DNA of 64,000 nucleotides from NCBI GenBank assembly GCA_903934195.1, contig CAIZMV010000034.1, positions 2,419-66,418 on the forward strand, given 5' to 3'. The stretch is from an uncultured Acidimicrobiaceae bacterium (GTDB lineage Bacteria > Actinomycetota > Acidimicrobiia > Acidimicrobiales > Ilumatobacteraceae). The position numbers and the translations under genes were made by a program. Shown one piece after another: positions 10,478 to 19,800 of this stretch. Positions within the stretch are counted from its first letter, which is position 1. Every line of letters starts with the position of its first letter. A model generated the notes under the pieces. It had not been told where the DNA came from and searched no databases. It saw only the letters and a list, made by a program, of their open reading frames with translations.

Positions 10478-11142
10478 CGGGTCAACGCTCGCTCTAAGAC
10501 ATTGACAAACACGTCGACATCTTGCGCGCCGGGAATGAGAAAACGGTCGTCGATAACGAATGAAGGAACCGCAGTTATTTCGCGCATAGCTGCACCTTGT
10601 AAATCTTGTTGGACGGCATCAAAACCTTCGTCTGTGTCTAGCCAGGCTCGAATGGTTTCGCCATCTAGACCGACTTCAGTTGCGCATTGAGCAACGACAT
10701 CTGCATCGCCAACGTTGAGCCCATCGGAAAAGTACGCCTTCATGAGGCGCTCTTTGAAGATCGCTTGTGTGACAGCCCCGTGATGTTCAAGAACCCAGTG
10801 CAACGCACGGTGAGCCAGAATGGTGTTAGCCCGCAACGCGATATCCATCTTGAACTCAATATTGTCGGCGGCTGCGACATTGGTGACATGGTTCAAAATC
10901 TGTTCGGCTCGCTCACGCCCTCCAAACTTCTTGGCATAGCCCTCAACTACTGGAGTTGGTTGCCCAACTGGGGCTGAGGGATCCAGTTGGTACGCCTTGA
11001 AGACGACTTCAATTGGTTCGGTAATGCCCTTCTGTCTGAGGACTTCTATGGCGTTGTCAAACCGGCGCTTTCCTATGAAGCACCAAGGGCATACGACGTC
11101 GGACCAGATTTCTACACGCATAGGTGACACGATAGGTGACAT
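10474..11142 (-). CDS. DsbA/FrnE-like thiol:disulfide oxidoreductase (no signal peptide seen)
   Basis: CPWC active site in the IWSDVVCPWCFIGKRRF context. The more typical start is MRVEIWSD at 11121. The ORF-track start at 11142 overlaps the menD ATG by 2 nt. Confidence 0.8.
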   Translation of the reverse strand: MSPIVSPMRVEIWSDVVCPWCFIGKRRFDNAIEVLRQKGITEPIEVVFKAYQLDPSAPVGQPTPVVEGYAKKFGGRERAEQILNHVTNVAAADNIEFKMDIALRANTILAHRALHWVLEHHGAVTQAIFKERLMKAYFSDGLNVGDADVVAQCATEVGLDGETIRAWLDTDEGFDAVQQDLQGAAMREITAVPSFVIDDRFLIPGAQDVDVFVNVLERALTR

Positions 11143-11143
11143 G
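11120..11143. repeat. 12-nt tandem duplication (ataggtgacacg / ataggtgacatg) at the dsbA-like/menD head-to-head junction
   Basis: Read directly: two adjacent 12-mers differ at one position. The second copy contains the CATG shared by the two divergent start codons. Confidence 0.8.
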
Positions 11144-12823
11144 AGTTCTTATGGCGACACTGCAGCCACATTTAGCGCAACATTGGTCGACGAATGGGTG
11201 CGTCAAGGGGTGCGTCATGCAGTGGTTGCTCCCGGTAGCCGGAGCACTCCACTTGCAGTTGCCTTGGCGATGAACGATGCCATTGAGGTTCATATCTTTC
11301 ATGATGAGCGCAGTGCTTCTTTTGCTGCCCTAGGAATCGGAACAGCCTCCGGTGTTCCTGCTGTTCTGTTGTGCTCTTCTGGCACAGCTGGCACTCATTT
11401 TCATGCTGCAGTAGTTGAGGCTCATCAGAGCGATGTTCCCATGATTGTCTGTACGGCAGATCGTCCACCAGAGTTGCGAGACGTTGCAGCGGCGCAAACC
11501 ATTGACCAGACGCATCTATTTGGATCTGCAGTTCGTTGGTTTCATGACCCTGGCGTGCCAACGCGTGATGCTGCAATGACCTGGCGATCACTAGCTGCCC
11601 GCACCGTGCAAGCAGCAGTAGGACTGCATCCTGGTCCTGTTCATCTCAACCTTCCATTCCGTGAACCACTCACCGGCGACGTAGTCGACATGCCGCCACC
11701 TCGTGAAAAGAAATGGTCAGACGTCATTCACTTGGGACCATCTGAAAACCAAGATGTATCCGTCATTGTCTCTGCCATTAGTGGACGTAGAGGAGTCGTC
11801 GTTGCAGGTCGTGGGGCGAGCCGCGAGGTGTTGTCGTTGGCGCAGTCTCTTGGATGGCCAATCTTTGCAGATGCTGTGAGCGGAGTGCGGGAAACCAACA
11901 GTGCGGTAATCATCGGCTTTGATGCAATTCTTCGTTCAGAGAAGTTTGCATCGATGCATATTCCTGAAGTTGTGTTGCGAATAGGTGCACCACCGGCATC
12001 GAAAGTTTTGGCCCAGTGGGTGTCGAAAATTGATTGCCCGGTTATTCAAGTTCGTTCATCGAGCATGGTGATTGATCCTGATCACAAGGTTCAATTCACA
12101 CTCATTGGTGATGTTGACTCGGCGACTCGGACGCTCGCGTCTGTAGCAACTGCTTGCGATAAGTCTTGGCTGACAAGTTGGTCTAAAGCGGAAGTCGCTG
12201 CGCAACAAGTGATGTCGGATTGGACGTCTGAGAACTTCAGTGAACCATCGATAGCAAGAACTGTCACGTCGGCGATGACAGTCGGGTCCCATTTAGTTGT
12301 GTCGTCATCGATGCCGATTCGTGATGTTGAGTGGTTTGGCACCACAACCTCTGGCGTTACTGTGCATTCAAACCGAGGAACTAACGGTATTGATGGTGTT
12401 GTTAGTACGGCGGTTGGCGTTTCATTAGCTACCAAGGCTCGGGTAACGCTTCTGATTGGAGACATTGCGTGTCTTCATGATTCCAATGGTTTGTGGGCTC
12501 TTAATCGTCGCGATGTTGACCTCACAATCGTTGTCACTAACAACGATGGCGGAAGTATCTTCTCATTCCTTCCTCAAGCCCAGATAGTCAGTAACTCACA
12601 CTTCGAACTGTTGTACGGAACCCCGCACGGCGCATCTTTCGAACATTTAGCAGCCACCCATGGCATTGCCTTTGAACGTGTAACGACAGTGAGCGAACTA
12701 GCGGCGACATTGCAGCACGGCGGAACGCGTATCATCGAAGTTCCGTGTGACCGTTTCTCCAATGTCTCTCAACACGAAGCGTTACAGTCAGCAGTTGTCG
12801 CTGCTGTGGAAGCTACGGCCTGA
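11141..12823 (+). CDS. menD: SEPHCHC synthase (2-succinyl-5-enolpyruvyl-6-hydroxy-3-cyclohexene-1-carboxylate synthase)
   Basis: ThDP-enzyme motif GDIACLHDSNGL...NNDGGSIF. N-terminal FSATLVDEWVRQGVRHAVVAPGSRSTPL. The ATG at 11141 gives about 560 aa. Confidence 0.88.
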   Translation: MSSYGDTAATFSATLVDEWVRQGVRHAVVAPGSRSTPLAVALAMNDAIEVHIFHDERSASFAALGIGTASGVPAVLLCSSGTAGTHFHAAVVEAHQSDVPMIVCTADRPPELRDVAAAQTIDQTHLFGSAVRWFHDPGVPTRDAAMTWRSLAARTVQAAVGLHPGPVHLNLPFREPLTGDVVDMPPPREKKWSDVIHLGPSENQDVSVIVSAISGRRGVVVAGRGASREVLSLAQSLGWPIFADAVSGVRETNSAVIIGFDAILRSEKFASMHIPEVVLRIGAPPASKVLAQWVSKIDCPVIQVRSSSMVIDPDHKVQFTLIGDVDSATRTLASVATACDKSWLTSWSKAEVAAQQVMSDWTSENFSEPSIARTVTSAMTVGSHLVVSSSMPIRDVEWFGTTTSGVTVHSNRGTNGIDGVVSTAVGVSLATKARVTLLIGDIACLHDSNGLWALNRRDVDLTIVVTNNDGGSIFSFLPQAQIVSNSHFELLYGTPHGASFEHLAATHGIAFERVTTVSELAATLQHGGTRIIEVPCDRFSNVSQHEALQSAVVAAVEATA

Positions 12824-14036
12824 TAATTGCTGAAAGCATGGCCTGGAACTTGGCCTGTGTCTCTGCTAATTCCGCATACGGATCACTGTCTGCAACAATT
12901 CCACCACCGGCGAATAGCCGAGCAGTTCGCTTATCTGTTGACAATTCAGCACACCTGATAGTCACTGCGAATATTCCGTCACCACTGGCATCCATGTAAC
13001 CCACCGCACCTCCGTAGTACCCGCGATTAAGTCCTTCAGTCTTTTCTATAAACGCCAGTGCTTCTGTTGACGGATGACCACCTAACGCTGGTGTAGGGCA
13101 GAGAGCGCGCACGAGGGGAAACACATGCGATGGTGGTTCTGTCAGTGCGCCTTCAATTGCGGTGCCTAGGTGTTGAACATTTGCGACCGTAACCACAGAT
13201 GGTTCTGCTTCCCAATCGAGATAGGAGCAGAAAGGCAACAAGGTGTCATGCACCATGTCAATAACGATTCTGTGTTCAATTTGGTTCTTGGTGCTAGCCA
13301 CCAATTCTTCAGCGAGCCGAGTATCGGTTGTTTGGTCTCCAGTGCGTGGCGCTGTGCCAGCAAGCGGATGGCTCCTGACTGTTGACCCTTCTACGGATAC
13401 CAATAGTTCTGGCGAAGCACCAATGATGTTGTTAACGCAGTACCTGTAGCTAGATCCAAAAGATGCGCGAAGACGAAGAAGAATCGAATGGACATCAATA
13501 GGGTCATCTGCGTGCACTTCGATGTCGCGTGCGATAACAGCTTTCTGGATTGATCCGGCTCGCACAGCATCTCTTGCTTGTACGACGGCATCGAGATAAT
13601 GACCGACGGCAGTCTTAGGCGCAACGCGATAAGAGTTGCTGTTTGGACGCGGAGGCGGGGAAGTGATTGCTGAAGCAATTGCTTGATGAAACTTCTCGTC
13701 TGTGAGGTCATCTTCTGACTCACCAATCATGGTGACTGTTGGGTCTTGTCCGTCAGTTTTTCGAAGGATTATTCGGGGCAAAATGAATTCGGCTGGTTGG
13801 GAGGGGGAGAACGGCACCAGTGCAAAGAGAACCGGGCCCCGATTCATCAGGCGTGAATCAGAAAGTCGACTGGGACTTAGTGAGGTAAGGAAGGACATTG
13901 CGACTTTCTCAGAGACGCTCTGAATTGCTTCGCGTCCTGCAACCCCGATGCCATCGCGTACGAAAAGAAAACCATCGCCACGACACACTGTGTTTAGATC
14001 GAATTGTTCTGTCAGTGATGCAGATCGAAAAATCAT
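12813..14036 (-). CDS. menF: Isochorismate synthase
   Basis: Chorismate-binding C-terminal signature GGAVGY...GGGIVADSDPYAELAETQAKF. Located in the men cluster. Confidence 0.85.
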   Translation of the reverse strand: MIFRSASLTEQFDLNTVCRGDGFLFVRDGIGVAGREAIQSVSEKVAMSFLTSLSPSRLSDSRLMNRGPVLFALVPFSPSQPAEFILPRIILRKTDGQDPTVTMIGESEDDLTDEKFHQAIASAITSPPPRPNSNSYRVAPKTAVGHYLDAVVQARDAVRAGSIQKAVIARDIEVHADDPIDVHSILLRLRASFGSSYRYCVNNIIGASPELLVSVEGSTVRSHPLAGTAPRTGDQTTDTRLAEELVASTKNQIEHRIVIDMVHDTLLPFCSYLDWEAEPSVVTVANVQHLGTAIEGALTEPPSHVFPLVRALCPTPALGGHPSTEALAFIEKTEGLNRGYYGGAVGYMDASGDGIFAVTIRCAELSTDKRTARLFAGGGIVADSDPYAELAETQAKFQAMLSAIIRP

Positions 14037-14761
14037 GATTTGTTACGAGTGCCAACCATCAATTGAGTGAGGCCGCCAGACAATTGTGTGTGTACCGCGT
14101 CAGAGAAGCCGGCGCGCTGAAGTTGGGCTACGAGGACAGATCTATCGGGTAGGTAGGCAATGCTGCGTGGCAGATATCGATACGCAGCGGCGTCGCTGAG
14201 CAACGCTCCGATGCGTGGCACAATCTTGCCGAAGTAAATGTTGTTACCAAAGCGAATGATGGGGTTATGAGGAACTCCAACATCGAGAAGTGCGATTCGA
14301 CCACCAGGTCTGATCACTCGAGCGCATTCTGTGAAGAAGACTTCAAGGTCAACCAAGTTGCGAAGCGCAAAGCCACAAATGATTCCGTCAACAGAGTGAG
14401 ACGGAATTGGAAGACGCAAGATGTCTGCTTGGGTGCGTGGCGCATTGCTTCGGTCGTTTGCCAACATGCCAAACGAAAGATCGATTGCGATTGGACGAAG
14501 TTGCGCACGACGCAAGTCGATGCATAGGTCTCCGGTGCCAGCTGCCAAATCGAGCACTGTCGAGTTCGGCGGTAGCGCCAGATCTCTCACTGCTCTTCTG
14601 CGCCACCGAGTGTCGAGGCGAAAAGTCATGATGCGATTGACAAGGTCATAACGCGGTGCAATGGCGTCGAACATCTTGCGAACCATCTGCGATTTGTCTT
14701 CGCCCTGGGGCAAAGAGGACGTATCCCATGAGGACGGTGTCTGAGGTTCTGATGGGTTCAC
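14033..14761 (-). CDS. menG: Demethylmenaquinone methyltransferase (UbiE/MenG family)
   Basis: FDAIAPRYDLVN N-terminal signature. SAM motif VLDLAAGTGD. Its stop overlaps the menF start. Confidence 0.88.
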   Translation of the reverse strand: MNPSEPQTPSSWDTSSLPQGEDKSQMVRKMFDAIAPRYDLVNRIMTFRLDTRWRRRAVRDLALPPNSTVLDLAAGTGDLCIDLRRAQLRPIAIDLSFGMLANDRSNAPRTQADILRLPIPSHSVDGIICGFALRNLVDLEVFFTECARVIRPGGRIALLDVGVPHNPIIRFGNNIYFGKIVPRIGALLSDAAAYRYLPRSIAYLPDRSVLVAQLQRAGFSDAVHTQLSGGLTQLMVGTRNKS

Positions 14762-14866
14762 AATGCAAGGCTAAGGGTGGCAGGGGATTCACCCAAGTAC
14801 GACTCGCTGATTTTGGTCACGGCACAGCAGAATGGGCTTTCATCCGATCCACTGGGAGGACCCCTC

Positions 14867-16105
14867 ATGATTGATTTCACCCTTGCCCCTGAACACGAAG
14901 AGATTCGTAATCGAGTTCGTGACTTTGTAGACAATGTCATTAAGCCAGCTATGGAGCCATTTGGCCATCGTGATGACATGGCGCCTGAAAAGCACAGCGA
15001 GTATGTGCGTGAGTTGATTAATCTTCGCAAGAAAGCCGTCGAGGCTGGACTGTGGCTGCCGCACATGCCAAAAGAATGGGGCGGTATGGGGCTCGGCCAT
15101 GTGGCCTTGGCAATGGTGCAGGCTGAATCTGCCAAGACTCGCGTTGGACCATGGGTCTTCAACTGCTCGGCTCCGGACGAAGGCAACATGCACACTTTGC
15201 TTCATTGGGCAACAGATGAACAAAAAGAGAAGTACCTAAAGCCGCTTCTCAACGGTGTGTCCTCATCTTGTTTTGCAATGACAGAGCCTGAAGTTGCAGG
15301 ATCTGATCCGACATTGATTCGTACAAACGCAATTAAAGACGGTGATGAATGGATCATCAATGGTCATAAGTGGTTCATCTCTGGTGCGCGTCGTGCAAAA
15401 TTTGCAATCCTGATTGCTCGCACTGAGATGGATGTTCCGCCAGGTTCTCGCGGTGCAAATACAGCTTTCATCATCGACCTTCCCACTAAGGGATGGAACG
15501 ATGTCCGTGAAATTGAAACGATGCATGGAGCAACTGGCCACTCTGAGATCGTGATTGAAGATCTTCGTGTACACGATTCCCAAATCCTTGGTGGACGAGG
15601 CAATGGTCACCGTCTTGGTCAGTATCGACTCGGACCTGCTCGTTTGGCTCACTGCATGCGCTGGGTGGCTCAAGCCGAAACAGCTCTCGACATGATGGTT
15701 GCACGATCTCTCGAGCGTTATTCGCACGGATCTCTTCTTGCTGAGAAGCAGGGAATTCAATGGCTAATCGCAGACTCCGCTATGGAGATCTACCAGTGCA
15801 AATTGATGATTCTTCATGCTGCATCGAAGATTGATGCAGGAGAGGACTTCCGTCAGGAAGTTTCAATGTCAAAGCATTTTGTGGCTAACAGCCTGAACCG
15901 AATCATCGACAGAGCTATTCAGGTTCATGGTGCGCTCGGTTATTCAACTGATACTCCGCTTGCAGGCATGATGCAGAACGCACGTTGGGCCAGATTCGCA
16001 GACGGCGCAGATGAAATTCACCAGATGCGTATTGCTGAAATCACAATCAAGTCGTACACAGACACAGGTAGCACTCGCGGTGCTACAGGTAACTTGCCGC
16101 TCTAG
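14867..16105 (+). CDS. Acyl-CoA dehydrogenase family protein
   Basis: ACAD-like N-, middle and C-terminal regions (MTEPEVAGSDP, GALGYS). The ATG at 14867 is preceded by GGGAGG. The ORF-track start at 14777 is less likely. Confidence 0.85.
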   Translation: MIDFTLAPEHEEIRNRVRDFVDNVIKPAMEPFGHRDDMAPEKHSEYVRELINLRKKAVEAGLWLPHMPKEWGGMGLGHVALAMVQAESAKTRVGPWVFNCSAPDEGNMHTLLHWATDEQKEKYLKPLLNGVSSSCFAMTEPEVAGSDPTLIRTNAIKDGDEWIINGHKWFISGARRAKFAILIARTEMDVPPGSRGANTAFIIDLPTKGWNDVREIETMHGATGHSEIVIEDLRVHDSQILGGRGNGHRLGQYRLGPARLAHCMRWVAQAETALDMMVARSLERYSHGSLLAEKQGIQWLIADSAMEIYQCKLMILHAASKIDAGEDFRQEVSMSKHFVANSLNRIIDRAIQVHGALGYSTDTPLAGMMQNARWARFADGADEIHQMRIAEITIKSYTDTGSTRGATGNLPL

Positions 16106-17742
16106 TTAGCGGCTTCTATAGCTATCTGTTTTGCCCATCGGTAGTCGGCTTTGCCGGCTGGTGACCTAACAATCGTTTCTACAAACACGAATTGTTTCGG
16201 CAGTTTGAATCGGGCGATGTAATTCTGCGCGACTTCTAGTAGTGATGCCTCTGTGGTTGTGGCTCCAGCTTTGAGGCGTACAACCGCTACTACTTCGTTC
16301 CCCCAACGTTCGCTAGGGCGACCTGTAACAACACAGTCATACACATCAGGGTGAGCTTTAACTGCAGCCTCTACTTCTTCGGCAAAGATCTTTTCTCCAC
16401 CGGAATTGATGGTGACGGAGTCACGACCATGAACTTCGATGAACATGTCTGCTGTGAGACGCGCTCTGTCTCCCGGCACGACGTATCGAATTCCGCCAAC
16501 AATGGGGTACGTCTTCTTGGTCTTCGCTTCATCATTGAGGTACCCCAAAGCAAGGCGGCCGCTCTTGGCCAGCCATCCGAGTCCTTCGTGACCAGCTTGT
16601 AATTCACTGGTGAGGTCTTCAGAGAGAATGTGGTTCTGTGGAGCTAGCGGGAAACTTCCGGTGGTTGAACTATCACCGCTAGCTACTTGCGACAATTGCC
16701 CACCGGCTTCGGATGATCCGAGCCCGTCAACGAGGATGACCGATGGAAGATACTGGTGAAACTCAACCTTGAGGTGTGCTGACAGCGGTGCGCCACCAGA
16801 CAGAATTGAAAGTAGCGAAGACAAATCACGTTTCGATGTGGCCAAGCCATCGAGCAGTGGTCGGGCAAAGGCATCACCAACAATCAGAAGAAATGTTGCT
16901 CGTTCTTTCTCTATCAGACCCCAAATGTCGTCAGCATCAAGTCTGTCTGGCTGAGATTGCACGATGATTGTGCCTCCCGTTAGCCACGTACGCATTGCTA
17001 TCCAGTGACCTGCGCCATGCATAAAAGGAGGGCTAGGGAGTGCACGAAAGTTTCCTGTTGCTTCTGAAACAAATTCATCGATAGTGCGAGCGGTCTTTGA
17101 ACCGCCGAAGCACTCGACGACAGCATCTGCATTACGCCACAGAACTCCCTTCGGCATGCCAGTTGTGCCGCCTGTGTACAAGATGTACAAATCGTCGCCG
17201 TGGTATCCGGCCGCTGGTTTGTCCGTAGAAGAACGACTGAGTGCATCTTCGTACCAAACTGCACCTTCCATTAATGGATTGTCCGACGCATCAGGTACCT
17301 GCAGAATCACACGCAGGTTCGGTAGCCCTGAGGTGATCTCTGCTAGCAAAGGTGCAAAGCGTGAGTGAATAACGCATGCAGCTGCGTTCGAGTCGGACAA
17401 AAGGTATTGCAACTCTTCAGCTACATAGCGGTAATTCACATTGAATGGCGCAACACGAGCTTTAAAAGCACCGAGCATGGTCTCCATGTATTCATTTCCG
17501 TTATGAAGATAAATGGCCACATGGTCTTGCCCAGATTCCCATCCGTTCAACTTGTTTCGTTCGGTCGTGCAACCGAGACCTTGCGAGGCGAAGTAGTTAG
17601 CTAACTGTCGGGTTCGCTTCGTTACATCTGCCCACGTGAGACGCTTGTCGCGAAAGATGAGGCATTCGTCGTCTGGTCGAGTGGCTGCGATTGCTTCATG
17701 AATTTCAGCGATACCAATGAGGGCGGGTGGGAATTGCGACAT
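16102..17742 (-). CDS. Acyl-CoA synthetase / AMP-dependent ligase (FadD-like)
   Basis: AMP-binding motif YTGGTTGMPKG. 546 aa. Confidence 0.85.
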   Translation of the reverse strand: MSQFPPALIGIAEIHEAIAATRPDDECLIFRDKRLTWADVTKRTRQLANYFASQGLGCTTERNKLNGWESGQDHVAIYLHNGNEYMETMLGAFKARVAPFNVNYRYVAEELQYLLSDSNAAACVIHSRFAPLLAEITSGLPNLRVILQVPDASDNPLMEGAVWYEDALSRSSTDKPAAGYHGDDLYILYTGGTTGMPKGVLWRNADAVVECFGGSKTARTIDEFVSEATGNFRALPSPPFMHGAGHWIAMRTWLTGGTIIVQSQPDRLDADDIWGLIEKERATFLLIVGDAFARPLLDGLATSKRDLSSLLSILSGGAPLSAHLKVEFHQYLPSVILVDGLGSSEAGGQLSQVASGDSSTTGSFPLAPQNHILSEDLTSELQAGHEGLGWLAKSGRLALGYLNDEAKTKKTYPIVGGIRYVVPGDRARLTADMFIEVHGRDSVTINSGGEKIFAEEVEAAVKAHPDVYDCVVTGRPSERWGNEVVAVVRLKAGATTTEASLLEVAQNYIARFKLPKQFVFVETIVRSPAGKADYRWAKQIAIEAAN

Positions 17743-17777
17743 TGTTGAACGATAACCTCGTCACACAAGGAGGGACT

Positions 17778-18752
17778 ATGTCGAACGAATCCCACACACC
17801 CATATTTGGAGTCTTCATTCCTCAAGGATGGAAGATGGAACTGTCCGGCATTACTGGCGCCGCTGAGCAATGGAAGACGGCTGTCGACGTTGCTGTCCTT
17901 GCGGAGAATCTTGGCTATGACTCAATTTGGGTGTATGACCATTTCCATAACGTGCCAAAGCCTGCGCAAGAAGCCGTGTTTGAATGCTGGACCACCATTG
18001 CGGCGATGAGTCAGTTGACGTCTCGCATTCGTCTCGGACAGATGGTCGGATGCAACAGCTATCGCAACCCCGGATTGCTCGCAAAAATTACTTCTACCGT
18101 CGACGTGATCTCTGGTGGGCGCCTTGACTGGGGTATCGGTGCTGGTTGGTATGAAAGTGAATACAAAGGCTATGGATATGAGTTTGCTAAGCCTTCAGAC
18201 CGCATTGGGATGTTGCGTGAGACTGTAGAAATTGTTAAGTCCATGTGGACCAATGCCGAGACCACCTATGACGGCAAGTACTACAAGATGTTGCGGGCCA
18301 ACTGTGATCCGAAGCCTCTGCAAAAGCCGAATCCTCCTGTGTGGATCGGAGGCGGTGGAGAACAGCTCACACTCCGAGTGGTTGCTGAACATGCAGATGT
18401 TGCAAACTTCGGAAGTTCTGTAGACGAATTCATCAAGAAGCGTGCCATTTTGCAAAAACATTGCACCGTTGTTGGTCGTGATGAAGACTCGATCCGCAAA
18501 ACTATTTCTAGCGAAGTATTCATTCGTGAAACTGAAGAGGAAATCGTCAAGGCTGGAAGCTTGAATGTTTGGGGCAAGGATGCAACTGAATGGCGCAATG
18601 AGGCCTTGGTGGGCACGCCAGATCAGGTAAGCGAGAAGATTCAGAGATATCTCGATGCAGGTTGCACCGGTTTTATCCCATGGTGCTCTGACTACCCGTC
18701 TACGGAGACCTTGGAGCTATTCGCTAAAAAGGTGATTCCCAACTTTCGTTGA
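17778..18752 (+). CDS. Luciferase-like monooxygenase (LLM) class oxidoreductase, possibly F420-dependent
   Basis: LLM-type sequence (FGVFIPQGW..., LGYDSIWVYDH). The ATG at 17778 is preceded by a strong AAGGAGGG. Confidence 0.8.
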   Translation: MSNESHTPIFGVFIPQGWKMELSGITGAAEQWKTAVDVAVLAENLGYDSIWVYDHFHNVPKPAQEAVFECWTTIAAMSQLTSRIRLGQMVGCNSYRNPGLLAKITSTVDVISGGRLDWGIGAGWYESEYKGYGYEFAKPSDRIGMLRETVEIVKSMWTNAETTYDGKYYKMLRANCDPKPLQKPNPPVWIGGGGEQLTLRVVAEHADVANFGSSVDEFIKKRAILQKHCTVVGRDEDSIRKTISSEVFIRETEEEIVKAGSLNVWGKDATEWRNEALVGTPDQVSEKIQRYLDAGCTGFIPWCSDYPSTETLELFAKKVIPNFR

Positions 18753-18764
18753 GCCTTTCGCGAT

Positions 18765-19241
18765 TTAGAAGAAGTATTGAAAAATAACTTCTGCGATGCA
18801 AGAAGGCTTGGAAGCGCCTTTGCACTCAAATGTTGTCTCGAGTGTTACTCGAGCGCCTCCCGGGGTGTCATCAACTGCAAGCACCTTGAGACCGGCGCGT
18901 AGTTCTGCGCCTACGGGTACAGGGGATACGAAACGAACTTTGTTGGCTCCGTAGTTGACACCCATAGAGATTCCGCCGACCGAGAAGATCTGTGGAAGGA
19001 AAACTGGTCCGAGAGACAAGGTGAGATATCCATGGGCAATGGGGCCGCCGAATGGTCCTGCTTTTGCCTTCTCAACATCAACGTGGATCCACTGATGATC
19101 TCCGGTCGCCTCAGCGAATTGGTTAACTCGCTCTTGCGAGATGGTCATGTACTCGGAGTAGCCGAGATGTTCGCCGATAAGGCCCTTGAGGGCGTCGATG
19201 GATTCAATATGTCGTGGTGCCATGGTGAAAGTGTTGCACAC
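18765..19241 (-). CDS. MaoC-like (R)-specific enoyl-CoA hydratase/dehydratase
   Basis: Hot-dog fold MaoC signature (FAEATGDHQWIHVDVEKA...GPIAHGYL). The start is ambiguous: GTG at 19241 or ATG at 19223. Confidence 0.8.
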   Translation of the reverse strand: MCNTFTMAPRHIESIDALKGLIGEHLGYSEYMTISQERVNQFAEATGDHQWIHVDVEKAKAGPFGGPIAHGYLTLSLGPVFLPQIFSVGGISMGVNYGANKVRFVSPVPVGAELRAGLKVLAVDDTPGGARVTLETTFECKGASKPSCIAEVIFQYFF

Positions 19242-19257
19242 GAACGGTGTGTCTGGC

Positions 19258-19752
19258 TTAACGGAGCCAGGTGCGTGCGTATGACCGGCTCATAGGGTGA
19301 AGAAGCAGTGCTACAAGTGCTGCTTCGAACATGAAGCTGACAAGATTTCCACCCGTTATGCGATTCGTTAACGAGATGGAGAACCCATAGTCCTCTTGGT
19401 ATGCAGAAATTATGAATCGGGCCAACAAATGACTGAAGGAGGCTGCGATTCCTATGTACCAGCCAAGCAACTTTCCATTTGCCATCAGAAATCCGCTTCC
19501 AAACAAGCACAGGCACGAAACGAGACCGACCAGTCCGGTCATTGGACCAATAATTCGCAGGGCTCCGAACTCATTTGACTTGTCGAGAAAGCCCAGCGTT
19601 GAAAAAACAGCATCTATGTAGAGCAGCCACGTTCCAATCGCAAGAGTCTGTGGGTGCATTCTGTCGAACCATTTACGGAAATCGAGCTGAGAAAAAGCGC
19701 GGGAGAACATATTCATAGTGTGACAGGACGTGTCGTCAGATTCGGTGACCAT
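19258..19752 (-). CDS. Hypothetical small integral membrane protein (about 4 TM)
   Basis: Hydrophobic segments only; no recognisable motif. Start uncertain (19752 or 19716). The ORF-track start at 19971 would run into era. Confidence 0.5.
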   Translation of the reverse strand: MVTESDDTSCHTMNMFSRAFSQLDFRKWFDRMHPQTLAIGTWLLYIDAVFSTLGFLDKSNEFGALRIIGPMTGLVGLVSCLCLFGSGFLMANGKLLGWYIGIAASFSHLLARFIISAYQEDYGFSISLTNRITGGNLVSFMFEAALVALLLHPMSRSYARTWLR

Positions 19753-19800
19753 AGGAACTACGCAGTCTGAGAATTGTGTTTGAAAATTCTTTTTTGCACC

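Noticed and set aside
10997-11140. 48-codon N-terminal extension of menD
   Set aside because: It overlaps the DsbA-like gene antisense. MenD homology begins right after the ATG at 11141.
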